Source of the DNA: Octopus vulgaris
Taxonomy: Eukaryota
Length of the DNA: 64,000 bases
Assembly (NCBI GenBank): GCA_951406725.2
Contig: OX597817.1
Coordinates: 992,001 to 1,056,000, forward strand
Direction of reading: 5' to 3'
In this document: positions 39,351 to 53,037 of the stretch, in pieces
How positions within the stretch are numbered: position 1 is the first letter of the stretch
Layout: each line of letters opens with the position of its first letter
The notes under the pieces: model-generated
Seen by the model: only the letters and a program-made list of their open reading frames with translations
Told to the model about the DNA's origin: nothing
Database searches by the model: none
Program-made: the position numbers and the translations under genes

Positions 39351-41443
39351 TGGGCTGACAAAATTGTTAGAGCACTTGACAAAATGCTAAGCAGTGTTTG
39401 TTTCGTCTCTTTACATTTTGAGTTCCAATTATGCCGAACGATTTTCTTTACATATTTTCAGGGTCGATAAAACAAAGTACCAGTCCTGTACTGGGGGTGA
39501 TATAATCGACTAAACCATTCCCCCTAAAATTTCTACCGGGTTGTTTTCTATACTGTTTTGGGGTTGACTAGAACCACAAGGGACTGATGAACCGTTTTTG
39601 TTATTTGCCCAAGTGGGTAAATTTTTAACAGAAAGAACTTTTTTTGAAGCATAGTAAAATTTTTCATCATGGGTTTGTCTTCACTGGACGGCCAGCAAAA
39701 AAAGTTAGAAGAGATTGTGCAGATAAAGCTGTGGTTCGCAGTCACCTCCCACCACGCAATACTACAGATGTACTGTAATTAAGAAAAAGTAGTAGCAGTA
39801 ACAAGAATAAGAACCACAACAAAAATAATAATAGTTGTAGCAAGATCAATGTTCGATAAAGGAGCTTGCAGAAATACCTGATGGAGAGAAGAGTCCATTG
39901 CAACCGTGGCCACCACTAAAGCAGCAGAAATAAAAAAAGACACCACCACCGCCAGCCTGATGAGCAATTACGTCGGCAACGACAACGAATAATGTGGAGG
40001 CGCAATGGCAGCGGACTCGCGGTCTTAAGAGCGCGGTTTCGATTCCCAGACCGGGCATTGTGAGTGTTTATTGAGCAAAAACACCTAAGCTCCACGAGGC
40101 TCCGGCGGGAGGTGGGTTGTGAGCCCCCGCTGTACTCTTTCACAACAACTTTCACTCTTTCTTCCTACTTCTGCCACAAAGCAGAGGAACCATGGTGTAA
40201 CCCAATATGGTGTGGTAAACTTTCAGACCCTAGTCTAGATTGCGAATCCTCTGTACCCTAGGATGGTTCAGCTCTCCACCCGTTAAAAGCCACCATTTAT
40301 GGAATGAGAATAACAACGTAGCTTTCGCGCCCGTGCAGCCGCCATTCTATCGCGTGTGGTGGGAAAATATTCAAGTTGCCGCACGCATTCTTAGTAGCTT
40401 AGAGTAGGCTCGAATTAGAGATTATTCTTTGTGGCTAATGGCGTGAGTCCTGATTGGAAGAAGAAGAAGAAGAAGAAGAAGAAGAAGAAGAAGAAGAAGA
40501 AGAAGAAGAGAAAGAAGACAGCAACAAATACTACGACAGCAGTGACTCGAGTAATAATAGCAACAGAATGTAAAACACTAACACTACCAGCACAAACAAC
40601 AATAGCAAGGCCTCATTCACTGGAGAAGGAAGAAAATATTTATGTATGAATGTATAAAATAAGAAACAATCCCGGAAATATGAAAATCTAGTTCATTGTC
40701 AAGCGAGCAAAATTTCATTGTTGGATGGAAATATCTTTAATTTTTACCCCTAAAAAAAACTGAAAAGAAAAGTTTAGTCAAGCGGAAGGAACTGTGGTCA
40801 TGATTTTCAAATTCCCCCCTAGACTGATAAGATCGTTATGATTGACTTCAAAGTCAATAACAGCAGGTAAAAATAATACATGCGTGGATAGTAAATTCCA
40901 GTTGCATGACATTCCAGGAAGCGGGGATTGGATGTAGGAGTTAGTGCGCTGCCTAGGTAGGGTAACACAATATGTATGGGTGATGAAAAGAAGAGAACTG
41001 GATGGAGGTGGCATGGAATTGGCTAATTTTGGGAAGTAGCGGTCCTTGCGGAAACAGCAGAAACAGTAGAGAGAGAAGACAGTGTGTTTGCTGGCCAAAG
41101 GTATTCACATGAATACAGCAGACAAAATTCCAGTGTTATGAAGAAATATAGCTTTTATTGTCATTTGAACAAATTTGTGTTTTTGATAAAAGAAATTCAT
41201 TAACGGAAAAAAAGGCAAATTTTTGAAATGGAAAAAGAAAAAACGTAGATAATAAACGCAAAAAATAAAAAACGAGATTTTTTCATGTATAATAACGTTT
41301 ATTTAAAGAATTTTGTATTGTAAAAAAAAAACAAAAAACAAAAAAAAACGAAAACAAACCCAAACAAAAACAACTTAATTCCAAATCTCATGTGGCACTG
41401 CTTTCTGAAAAATCCGATGCGCAATTAAAAGACAAGAATGCTT

Positions 41444-41734
41444 TTAATGTCCGTAGCCACCGTGCCCATAGCCGCCATAGCCACCATGTCCAACACCACC
41501 ATAGCCTCCATGTCCAACACCACCATAGCCTCCATGTCCATAACCACCGTAGCCTCCATATCCGCCATGTCCAAAGCCGCCATTTCCACCGCCATATCCA
41601 CCGCCATATCCGCCGCCATATCCGCCGCCATGTCCATAACCGCCATAACCGACGCTTCGGCGTTCACGAACCAGCGATTCGGCAGCCATTGCCACAGCAA
41701 TCACAGCAAAGAGGAAAACGGCGAGTTTCATCAT
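41444..41734 (-). CDS. Secreted Gly/Tyr/His-rich prepropeptide (96 aa)
   Basis: Signal peptide MMKLAVFLFAVIAVAMA, propeptide ending in RERR (furin consensus), and a 70-aa mature region of GGY/GHGG repeats. Pyrimidine tract + cag acceptor lies 18 nt before the ATG (exon starts 41752). AATAAA on - at 41298-41303 and 41154-41159. Confidence 0.85.
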   Translation of the reverse strand: MMKLAVFLFAVIAVAMAAESLVRERRSVGYGGYGHGGGYGGGYGGGYGGGNGGFGHGGYGGYGGYGHGGYGGVGHGGYGGVGHGGYGGYGHGGYGH

Positions 41735-41800
41735 GTTGACTTGTTGGAGAGTCTGCAAGAGAAGAGAGAAAAAAAGAAATGAAACAAAAAGATGGAAGTA

Positions 41801-41882
<82 letters not shown>

Positions 41883-42318
41883 AATATAATCCTTTCTACT
41901 ATTGGCACAAGGCCTGAAAGTTTGTGGGTCGTGGGGCTAATCGATTATATCAACCCCAGTGCCCAACTGGTACTTAATTTATCGATTTCGAAAGGATGAA
42001 AGGCTAAGTCGACCTCGGTGGCATTTAAACTTAAAACACGAAGACGAACGAAATGCTGCTCAGCATTTTGTCCGGCATACTAACGATTCTGTCAGAGAAC
42101 GTTAATTTGATTCAAGAGGACATAATTGAGATTCTTTGACGCAACTCGGCTGCGTCAAAGAATCTCAGCATCACGAAGAGAAATGCGGATCCTTTGTTGT
42201 GTTCTGCCACGAGGCACAGGAGTGGCTGAGTGGTATGAGTGGTATGAAGCTTGCTTCCCAACCACATGGTTCCGGGTTGTGAGGGGATCTGGTAGACGGA
42301 TACTGAAAGAAGCCCGTC

Positions 42319-42404
<86 letters not shown>

Positions 42405-44962
42405 TGTCACACCCCAATCATCGCTTGACAACCGATGTTGGTATGTTTACGTCTCCGTAACTTACGGTTCGGCAAAAGAGACCGATAGAGTAAGTACTAG
42501 GCTTACAAAGAATAAGTCCTGGGGTCGATTTGTTCGACTAAAGGCGCTGCTCCAGCATGACCGCAGTTAAATGACTGAAACAGCTAAAAGAATGGTATGA
42601 TGTATTAAATAGAGAAAATGCTAAAAAGGAAGCGCCAGACAGATTTTCTAAATAAAAGAAACTGCAGAAAAAAGAAAAAGTACTTATATTATTTCCTAAA
42701 TAAACTAGTAAAGAAGTTAAGTTTTAATAATGTAATTGTGGTTTATTTCTTTGAAAGAAAACAGCAAAGAAGACAGACAAAACCAAGCAAAACTCTCTGA
42801 CGTTAGTTGTTGATCTTGGTCGAGCAGACTCAGACATAGTGAATCTAGGACAATATTATTCAATGTGTCCTTCTTTTTCAGGCGATTGGGTGTGATCTTG
42901 ATGCGTTTCCTAGCAAGTCAGGCGATTACTTTGGAATATATGACACCTGCGATGCTAGTGTGTGTAATTAGTGAAACAGAATCTGCAAGCACACTTCATG
43001 TTTTGTTTGTGAAATAGTTTTCTTTTTCAAGTATATTGTACTATTTGTTATTTTAAATTTACGAAACATATCATGTCTCTTTTCTGTAGCTGGAGAACAA
43101 TACGTCTTTTTCGGACGAGCCACGTGCTGCTTAACACTAAAATTGATGATGAATATTTTCAAAAATACGATGTTGCATCTTGACTGCAAATATCTTATAT
43201 CCTGTTTTTGCTCTTCTGCTTATTCATACTACATTCCCACTTTCTGTCAGATTTCGTTCATAGGAATGCTTCCTGTATCTTTCCTAGGCCACCGTGAATT
43301 TGCAAGTGAATATCATCCAACTACAAAGTAAGCTTTGAATGCAGCGATATAATCTGGTTGAACAAACCAATAACACTCTATATTCATCTTCGCTGATAAG
43401 AAATAATCTGTCTGAAGTATCCCGATGTGTAACTCTACACAGCACTGGACAGGACTCCCAAGACTCTGTTATGATATAATGGCTGAGGATCTAGCTATCT
43501 TTTCAGAAAATACCGAGTATTTCTTTTCCCTCTCTCTTAATATGGTGATTTCGTAGATTTGAAGTCATTAACGGAAGGTGATAGAAGATTGTATTGCAAA
43601 CACTAAACCTTTGACACAATAAACGAACGCTTAGAATGTTTTTGGTTACAGGCCTGATTGATCAGGTCTGGCTCAGGACTAAACTTGAACTGTGATAGGT
43701 GAGCCAACGAGGAAGCCTCTAGGCAGTAATCGACTTGCTAGAAGTTACAGCCAAATTTGCTTCAAATAACACTTAGCTAGCTTTAAAAAAGTAAAGACAT
43801 TGGCTAATACTTTCTAGATATACAGCATGAAAGAAAGACTGAATGATGGTCGCTGGAACAGCTTTGATCATAAGTTTGTTGAATCATGGCCGACTTAGGA
43901 CTAAACATCGCCACCACCAACTTGCTGCCAGTTTACCTTCTTACATAACGTTGTTATCCCCATTTAAGATCTATTCACTTTGCACTGCATAGAACTGCAC
44001 GAAACAACATGAAAGCCACTATGTAGATGCTTGATGTGTTAGAAATAGTGGCCAAAATCTGCCCCCAGTCACAACATGCCATTTTGGAAAATAAAAACAT
44101 ATTGTACCAAAGGAAAACAATGGAATGGTCACGGTTGGAAAACCTTTGGAAATTAACTCTGCTTGTAACAATGATGTCTGCGAGTAAACAATAATATGCA
44201 ACCGATCGTTATGTCGACTTCTTTTTGATATCATGATAGGTTGAAACCCAACTGGACTTGCTAATTAAACGCGTAAAGCTTCGCTTTTAACCTCACAGAC
44301 ACAGTCATGTCAAGCTGATTAAATATCTCTGTGGGATTCATGCAAGAAATCTAATGCTCATTAAATAAACTGGTATAGGAATTTCGGAGGGACGCTATGC
44401 CGACGAGTTTCTGGAAGACGGCTCTGATATTTTGTTTCAATATCCTTCAGAAGAACGCCTCCACTTAACATACACCTCTTCCCCACTCTAGCTGATTGAT
44501 AGATATATATACAATATGAAACATCTCATTGCTGTTGGAAAGAAAGACGATGTAGAATGTTAAATTAGACGACAATATTGAGTTTACAACTTCCGATGAG
44601 TTTGTAGAAAGCATTAGGTAACCATGGTAACCATTTCATTAGGATATGAATGTCACCTATTCTCTATTTTAAAAGAAAATTATCGTTTCTATTAGTGGAT
44701 CCATTCCTTCACAGAAATTAATTATTGAGTTTTGCTGATACCTTCACAATATATATTTAAAAACAATTATAGATGACTATAGAAACTTAGTGAATCTCAT
44801 TTTCACTATGACGAAGTAAAAGAAAGTTGCAACCGCCTTGCATTTACCGCAAACCATTGAGAAAATAAGTGAATACTTGTATCTCCCTAAACACGAATTT
44901 CAGAAAATAAATATCAAATAAGAAAAGAAGAGAGGTGAAGAAGGATACAGTAGAAAATTTAC

Positions 44963-45078
44963 CTGTAATATACAGAAACTAAAATCTGGGAGAGTTCTCT
45001 GTGTTGGTGTCTTGAGGACAGATGTGATGGTTGGACTGCAAAGCTTCTGACTTATATACAGGAGAAATTGTTGAGTCA
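44963..45078 (-). promoter_or_regulatory. Candidate core promoter and non-coding exon 1 of the Gly-rich peptide gene
   Basis: On -: AP-1 site (TGAGTCA on +, 45072-45078), TATATAA (45058-45052), Inr-like CCATCACA ~30 nt downstream (~45028), then ~65 nt ending in CAG|gtaaat at 44963. Confidence 0.6.
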
Positions 45079-45387
45079 GCGCAATGTGACACCCTTCAAC
45101 CTCCCCCTCACTCACTCCCGTCTCCATCTTCTATTTCTCTCTATTTCTCTGTTACATCTCACTCTCATAGTCTCCATCTTTCTTTCTCTTCTGTCATTAA
45201 GAAACAGCGTTGATTAAGAATGTTTAATTTAAAACCACTTATGTCCTCCTTCGCCACCGAACAAAAGAAAAAAAAAATCATCCACTTATACACGCGCACG
45301 CGCATGTATTTGTGTGTGTGCGTGTGTGTGTGTGTGTGTGCGCGAGTCTGTGTTTTTTGTCCTTGTGTATGTACGTATGTATGTATG

Positions 45388-45441
<54 letters not shown>

Positions 45442-46083
45442 TGTATATATTATATGTACAAGCACACCTGGTTCTCCGTCGATTTTACGGCTAGAGTTCC
45501 ACTTGATTCAGTTAACTGAAATTACTGTTCATGAAATTAACGTGTAAGTGGCTGAGTACTCCACAGACACATGTGTACCCTTAACATAGTTCTTAGAGAG
45601 ATTCAGCGTGACACTGAATGCTACCAAGCTGGCCCTTTGAGTTAGAGGTACGACTCATTTTTTTCCCAGTGGAGAAGACTGGAGCAACGTGAAATAAGGG
45701 GCCTCGCTCAGCGACACAATGCGCCGCATGTTTGTGCTTGTTCCACCACCGCCGCCGCCGCCGCCGCTTCACAATCGACGTTTGCTTACATCGCTGTTTT
45801 CTAACGGTTCGGTAAAAGAGAACGCTATCTACTATTTTTCATCGTCTACTGGTTTCAGCCCAGGGCTGAGGTCATGCTGGTGCACCACCTGTAGTTACTC
45901 GCTGTTGTTTCCGGTATTGTTTTTGGTGAAGTTTTGGACGGAGCTGCTCTTCTTTGCGTCTCCTGCCGCGATGTGGGTCCATCTGGCTTCTCAGACAGAA
46001 ACCGGTCCACACGTAGAATAAGTATCTAACTTAATGAGACAAAAATAAGGACTGGGGCCAATTTGTTCGATTAAATTCTTTAA

Positions 46084-46181
46084 AGGGTTGCCCCGACATA
46101 GGGTTGCCCCGACATAGGGTTGCCCCGACATAGGGTTGCCCCGACATAGGGTTGCCCCGACATAGGGTTGCCCCGACATAG
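46084..46181. repeat. Perfect 16-bp tandem repeat x6 (agggttgccccgacat)
   Basis: Direct inspection; no spacers. Confidence 0.95.
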
Positions 46182-46243
46182 CAGCAGTCCAATAACTGAA
46201 TAGAAAGAAAAGTTCATTTAGTCATGGAACTATTTATCTCTCT

Positions 46244-46303
<60 letters not shown>

Positions 46304-46364
46304 GTATGTATGTATGTGTGTATACACATGCATACACACGCACACATATTGCATATATATATGC

Positions 46365-46411
<47 letters not shown>

Positions 46412-46829
46412 CATACATATATACATAGAAAGGAGCACTCCGTCAGTTACTACGACGAGTGTCCCAGCTGATCGGATCAACGGAACAGCTTGCCCCTGAA
46501 ATTAACGTGTAAGTGGCTGAGCACTCCACAGACACGTGTACCCTTAACGTAGCTCTCAGGGAGATTCAGCATGACACAAAGTGTGACAAAGCCGGCCCTT
46601 TGAAATACAGGTACAACTCATTTTTGCCAGCTGAGTGGACTGGGGCAACGTGAAATAAAGTGTCTTGCTCAAGGACACAACGCGTAGCCGGGAATTGAAC
46701 TTACGACCTTACGATCGTGAGCCACATGCCTTAACCCTTAGGCAAGTGTCTTCTCCTATAGCTTCGGGTCGACCAAATCCTTGTGGATAGATTTGGTCGA
46801 TGGGAACTGAAAGAAGTCCGTCGTGTATA

Positions 46830-48025
46830 TCTTTATATATATAAAACTGAGAATGTATGTCTGTCTGTGTGTTTCCCTAAAACTTGAGAACTACACAACC
46901 AATTTCATAAAAATTTTACACATGCCTTACTTAGGGTCCATGTAGTTTCATGGGCAAAAAATGTTCAACTTCTTGCCTAGAGCGAGCCCATAGCAATATC
47001 ATATCTTCTCCACTATTTCAGTATTACGTGTTAAAAGTGAAACAAAAATATTTCTCTATTTTATGTCAGATACTTTCACTTTAACAATAAAAATAATAAT
47101 AACAATTGAATTATATGTAGTAAGTAATAATTACAATCAAACTAAAGTATAATATAATCGTAAGATAACAAAAGTAAAAATAGCAATTGGTATAAAATTG
47201 CATCAATGACTTGAACTTGAATAAGTGGTTTCACATGAATGGGAATAAATTAAACATAAAATTAGCGTGCAGAAATGGAATAGTCCAGATGGATAATAAA
47301 AAATTAAATTAAAGAAAATACTATTGTCTATAAAGTATACAATGTAGAGAAAAAAGATTTGAACACATGGAAGAAAGCACCTTCGAAAAGTGTCTTGATG
47401 CGACTATGAAAGATATCTAATCAGAGGCGGTAAATTCGCCACAATAGAAGCAAGGTTCGAGTCAACGGAGCGTGCAAGGGAGTACTCGACTCGAACTTGC
47501 AAAGTGGAAATATTATTTTTTCACCTTTATATTTGGGACGTAGGACGTCCCGGAAAAAAATTTTTAATGCCCCCCCCCCCTCAGTAGTAGAGGTAGGCTG
47601 GATTGTAGCCACACTTCTATACAAGAGGGAGGACAAGATACAATTGATCGAAATTGCAAGAGACGGGCTAACAATTCCAGTCTGTTATATATTTTGAGTA
47701 TCGTTATCACTAATGTTCGTCCTTCGGGTTCGAAGATGACCATTGACATCATTTGGTGGAATTGCTGCTATGAGACTAGTGATATCAAGATATAACTTTG
47801 TATTTTGTATTTTATGTGTAGATGTATATATATATAGATGTACATGTAATATGTACACATATATATGTGTAGTTCTCAAGTTTTAGGGAAACACACAGAC
47901 GATTATACTATACTTTAGTTTGATTTTAATTATTACTTACTACATATAATTCAATTGTTATTATTATTTTTATTGTTAAAGTGCACTAGCACTATGACCC
48001 GGCAACGACGGGTCTTTAATGCTAG
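46830..48025 (+). mobile_element. Non-autonomous Helitron (~1.2 kb)
   Basis: A^TC start, hairpin gacccg-gcaacga-cgggtc then CTAG^T. Inserted in the (TA)n of a SINE-like element whose two halves flank it. Confidence 0.8.
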
Positions 48026-48603
48026 TATATATATATATATATGTATATATGTTTATGTCTGTGTTTTTGTGTCTGTATTTGTCTCCCAACCATCGCTTGA
48101 CAACCGATGCTGGTGTGTTTATGTCCCTGAAACTTAGCGGTTCGGAAAAGAAACCGATAGAATAAGTACAAGGCTTACAAAGAATAAGTCCTGGGGTCGA
48201 TTTGTTCGACTAAAGGCGGTGCTCCAGCATGGCCGCAGTCAAATGACTGTAAAAGAGTATATACATGATGGATTCTCTCGTCGTGAACGACGAACAAGGA
48301 TTCAGTAAAATAAAGCGGTAGTCATCTTCCATGGACATGAATGTGACTCTTGAGGCTTGCTGGTGCCTTGCAGACCTTTCGGCAAAAGGAACAAGTTGAG
48401 GATTCAGATTGCTCAAGTGCTAGTGGATCATTTACTGTGTTTTCTTGAGTGGATGACAAGGCCTGCTTTACTTCGTGCCATGAAACCACAATGACAGGTA
48501 AGATTTCCATTTAGAAGGGCTGTGTTTTGCCAGCGTGCTTTCATACTTGCACAAAGTTTCTCCCGATACTAGAATCGAATTTGCTCAAGTTTAATCTATC
48601 TAT

Positions 48604-48718
<115 letters not shown>

Positions 48719-49059
48719 CTCACACACTTAATGGCTGTTAACTTGTTAATTGAGCATGACTCTTAACAGCAGAGTGCATACACATAGGCACCAGACTAGT
48801 CGAAAACTAATAACACGCAAACTCGCAGATAATATGGAGTTGAATATTTACAGTCTAAAATTACTAGCAGATGGTTAGAGAGAGACTACATATTAAGTGA
48901 CCGAAAATGACTTTATCCCTGCAAGATATTTACGAACTTTTACGCAAATGACATGAAAAGGCTTCATTTCGCTGTAAGGACTATTGTTATTGTGACATTT
49001 CATGTGCGTTGTCAACCCAGATTTATTTCTGCATACCTTATTGCAACAGAGAAAGATTA

Positions 49060-49860
49060 TTAATCACATTGCGACTGTGAAAAGTCAGTAGGGATCCTAA
49101 ATTCTTGCTTCCACTTATGACTTGCTAATCCAGCATAGAAAGGACAAACATAGGCGCAAGTATCACAAGTTATGAGGGAAGGATCAGTGTCCACAAGTAA
49201 ACGATTTCTTGCTGCTCTTTTTATCAGTGTAAGTTTCTGCTTGTTATCTTCAAACAAGATAGCACCTTCTCGGATTTTTCTCCTCCATTTGCTTGGTCTA
49301 TTGTTTTACTCTCCCAGTTTGCATGTGCCATATTAAAACGCCTTAGAGAACTACTTATTCAGTCTTTGAAACGCATTTTTGGTTTACATTGGGGTCTCTT
49401 TACTCCATTTGTCTGACCATACAACAGTTGTTTGGTTATGCGTTGATCAGATTCTAGCGAAGTCTATGTCGATGATTTTCAGTTTCAATGCCATTCACAT
49501 CAACACTCTCAAACACTTCAGAATCGGGTACATTGCGCACCCGTTTGATTTTCAGAATAGAGCGCAAACATCGTTGATGAAATTGCTCTAGTAATTTGGG
49601 GGCTTCCTATAAACTACCCATGTCTACCATGAATAAGGAAAGGATGAAAGCACACAAACTCTGTAGACTGCAACCTTTGTGTTTTTGGAAACATTCGGTG
49701 AAATATTATCGCTTAATCGTGTAAGAACTCGAGCAAGTATTTGTCGGCAAAAGATTAGTGGGATTCCTCTTCAATGTCTCCATTTATCTCGTGATCCTTT
49801 CTAAATGGAGATTATAACACCATCACACCAAGATTTTGGTATTGTTCCATTCTTCCAGTC
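49060..49860 (-). mobile_element. Degenerate RTE-like LINE 3' fragment
   Basis: - strand KTKVAVYRVCVLSS...LEQFHQRCLRSILKIK and a terminal C..C...GLASH zinc-finger-like motif. A related piece lies at ~48270-48560. Confidence 0.65.
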
Positions 49861-49959
49861 TTCCATACATCACAAATTATTTTATCCATTAATTTTGTCA
49901 TATGGTAACCTCCAAACCGGAAGATCTCTGTTGCGATTTCATCTATTCTGTTCTTGATT

Positions 49960-50550
49960 CGACGGTCATTCGGAATGCTCACAGCAGCCATATTCCTACC
50001 ACTCTATGTCACGCTGGTGAGACCCATATTGGAGTACGGGATTCAAGCCTCTTCTTATATCCTCAAAGACATACAGCATCTCGAAAGAGTCCAGAAGCTG
50101 GCTACCCGCATGGTTCTTGGTCTCAAGCATTTGTCTTATGAAGAAAGGCTGAAGACGCTCGACCTTTATTCTCTTGAAAAACGCCGCCGCCGTGGTGATC
50201 TCATTCTTGCTCACAACATCATAAGTGGAAAGTGTAACCTCTTGAAAGAGCTGTTCTTCACTCATGCTCCAGAGCGTCGGCTGCGGGGTCACTCCGAAAA
50301 GCTCTATCTGCGACGATTTCATCTCAATCGAAGTAGAGGAGCTTTCCCCGTCCGGGTTGCGGATCCGTGGAACAAGCTGCCAGACGAGATGGCGAAGATG
50401 CCGACGACCGCTTTGTTCAAAGTCTCCCTTGACCTCAAGTGGCCTGAACTCTTTACATGAACACCACCCTGTACTTAACTCCATGTCCCCCTACATGGCC
50501 TTGTTATTTGCTTTTGAGCCAAAAATTAACTAACTAACTAACTAACTAAC
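49960..50550 (+). mobile_element. CR1-like LINE 3' end with (CTAA)n tail
   Basis: LYVTLVRPILEYG...LERVQKLATRMV...SYEERL...RRRRGDLI...RGHSEKL...WNKLP. Confidence 0.85.
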
Positions 50551-50910
50551 TTTTCCAGGATTAAGTTTACTAATCGAGACTTGAACCGCTTCAACTGGTA
50601 GAATTGTTAGCATGCCGGACACAATGCTAAATGGCGATTCATCCGTCTTTACGTTCTGAGTTTGACTTTGCCTTTCATCCTTTCGGTTTTGATAAAATAA
50701 TTTTTCGTCGTGATTTTCCCTGATGAGATTTCTACTCAAAATGTTCCCAAAATATAAATATTTATAAATTTCTTATTGGTTTTGAGTTTGAATTGAAACA
50801 ATTGTAAGGATTATTAATATTATGTTAATAAATTAACATATGTGTGTCTGAACTCTCTATTTTCTTTTTATTATTTTGCGCATATATATATATGTGTGTG
50901 TGTGTGTCTG

Positions 50911-51093
<183 letters not shown>

Positions 51094-51191
51094 AATCCAA
51101 ACATGAACAAGCAAGAAAAAACAATAACGCGAAGACGTGGAATAAGTACAGAGTTATTGGACGCTCAAGGAAAGGAAAGCAAAGAAAGAGG

Positions 51192-51226
51192 ATTCCACGT
51201 TTCGAGCGGAGCTCTTCGTCAGAAAT
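51192..51226 (-). ncRNA. Minimal hammerhead-like motif, cleavage site mutated (H17=G)
   Basis: Minus strand: auuu CUGACGA agagcuccgcuc GAAA CG UG gaau. Paralogous to 30545-30579. Confidence 0.5.
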
Positions 51227-51287
51227 ATAGAAAAAGTCCAAAGAAGGGAAGACGGAGAAAGAAAATCGCCAACGATGCACACGTAGT

Positions 51288-51325
<38 letters not shown>

Positions 51326-51347
51326 CATAATACATATATATATATAT

Positions 51348-51386
<39 letters not shown>

Positions 51387-51708
51387 GAGAAAGAGAGAAA
51401 GAGAGGTGTGTATGTTATATACTAGCATATACATACACATATATATATATGTGTAGATGTATATTAACTCTTACATAATACATGTGTGTCTGTTCTACAA
51501 ATAATGGTGATAGTGATGATGATGATGATGTTGACGACTCATTATTACTATTATTAGCAGCAGTAGTAGCATTACTGGTTTCTCTTTTTTGCTAGTTTTG
51601 CAATTTTTCTAATCTCTTTTCTCTCCACCGCTTTCAATTATTCTCCCTTCCCGCACTCTTTGTTTGTTTGTTTCTTTCTTTTCTTTTCTTTTCTTTTCTT
51701 TTCTTTCT

Positions 51709-51819
<111 letters not shown>

Positions 51820-51983
51820 ATATATATATATATACATATATATATCTATACACACACGCACGCACACATATCATCAGGTGTGTTTGCTTATCCCCTTACC
51901 AATTCTATACCATGCACTTCTGGCTACTTGGAAATGTCCCGTGTTCCCAATTGACATTGTCTGTCGAGATCTCTCAAGAATAT

Positions 51984-52024
<41 letters not shown>

Positions 52025-52391
52025 TTCACAGATTCACAAGTATGTACGTACATGTACCAATACATTTAAAAAGCACACAAACGCACTAAGTACAACTGGA
52101 AGCGGTTGTTGAGATTTCTCATGAAACAAGTATACACTGGCATATGTTCAAACTTTAATACCTAGATTTTCAGATACACATATACACGTATACATATACA
52201 CGCATTCATTCGTTTATGCGTATATATACATACACACACATACACAAACACATATATTCAGTTATAATAAAGCAATTTTACAATAATCTGATGGGTTACT
52301 CTATACTTTTGTTGAGTACTAATTTGTTATTCTTATAGAATAATTTGTTGACAGTGACTTCGAAATTTCGGCCAGTTAAGAATAATAAATA

Positions 52392-52442
<51 letters not shown>

Positions 52443-52510
52443 AAGAATTTTTTGTGTAATGAGATAAAAACCCAAGGCTGTGTAGATATTCGAGCATTTA
52501 TAGATAGAAA

Positions 52511-52562
52511 GTCTTACAGCTGTTTCTAGGATATTTATTAATTATATCCTTTCATCGGAGAC
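52511..52562 (-). ncRNA. Minimal hammerhead-like motif (U4C variant)
   Basis: Minus strand: gucu CCGAUGA aaggauau...auauccua GAAA C-AGCU-G UA^ agac. Confidence 0.6.
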
Positions 52563-52585
52563 GGTGTGAGAGGATATATATATAT

Positions 52586-53037
52586 AACCGAAAGGCAACA
52601 AATATAGTCGTCACTAAGGTCATAGAGGGTGCTAGTGAGCACCAGCATTGCTAGAAATAAGAGTCAAAACAACTCTTAGCCCATTTGAGAGCACTTTTCT
52701 AACGACTGACTAGGGAGACAAGCTCCTCACCTACGGCAAGCGAGTCATATCAGCGCTGATTTCAGATTTGATTAATCTTCGTCAGTGACTCATTACTCCG
52801 TCGCCGAGGGTTAAAGAATCTAACTTATCGTGTCAGCCTTATGTAGAACACCATGGGAAATAGTGACTGATTCCGAAAATGGTGAAGTGAGAATTATAAA
52901 TTATTAAGGTGGCTACTCGCAGTTTACAACCGAAAGGCAACAAATATAGTCATCAGTAAAGTGACCGCGGGTGATAGCGAGCACTAGCATTGCCTAGAAA
53001 TAAGAATTAAAACAACTCTTAGCCACGTGAGAGCACT

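Noticed and set aside
41392-41782. + strand His-rich and Ala/Ser/Thr-rich ORFs
   Set aside because: Antisense shadows of the Gly-rich CDS. Only the - frame has a signal peptide, splice acceptor and polyA signals.
46084-46181. CRISPR-like short repeats
   Set aside because: Contiguous 16-mers without spacers, eukaryotic context, no cas genes.
52935-52965. CUGAUGA on - in the second retrozyme repeat
   Set aside because: No stem II + GAAA follows, and the motif is absent from the first copy.
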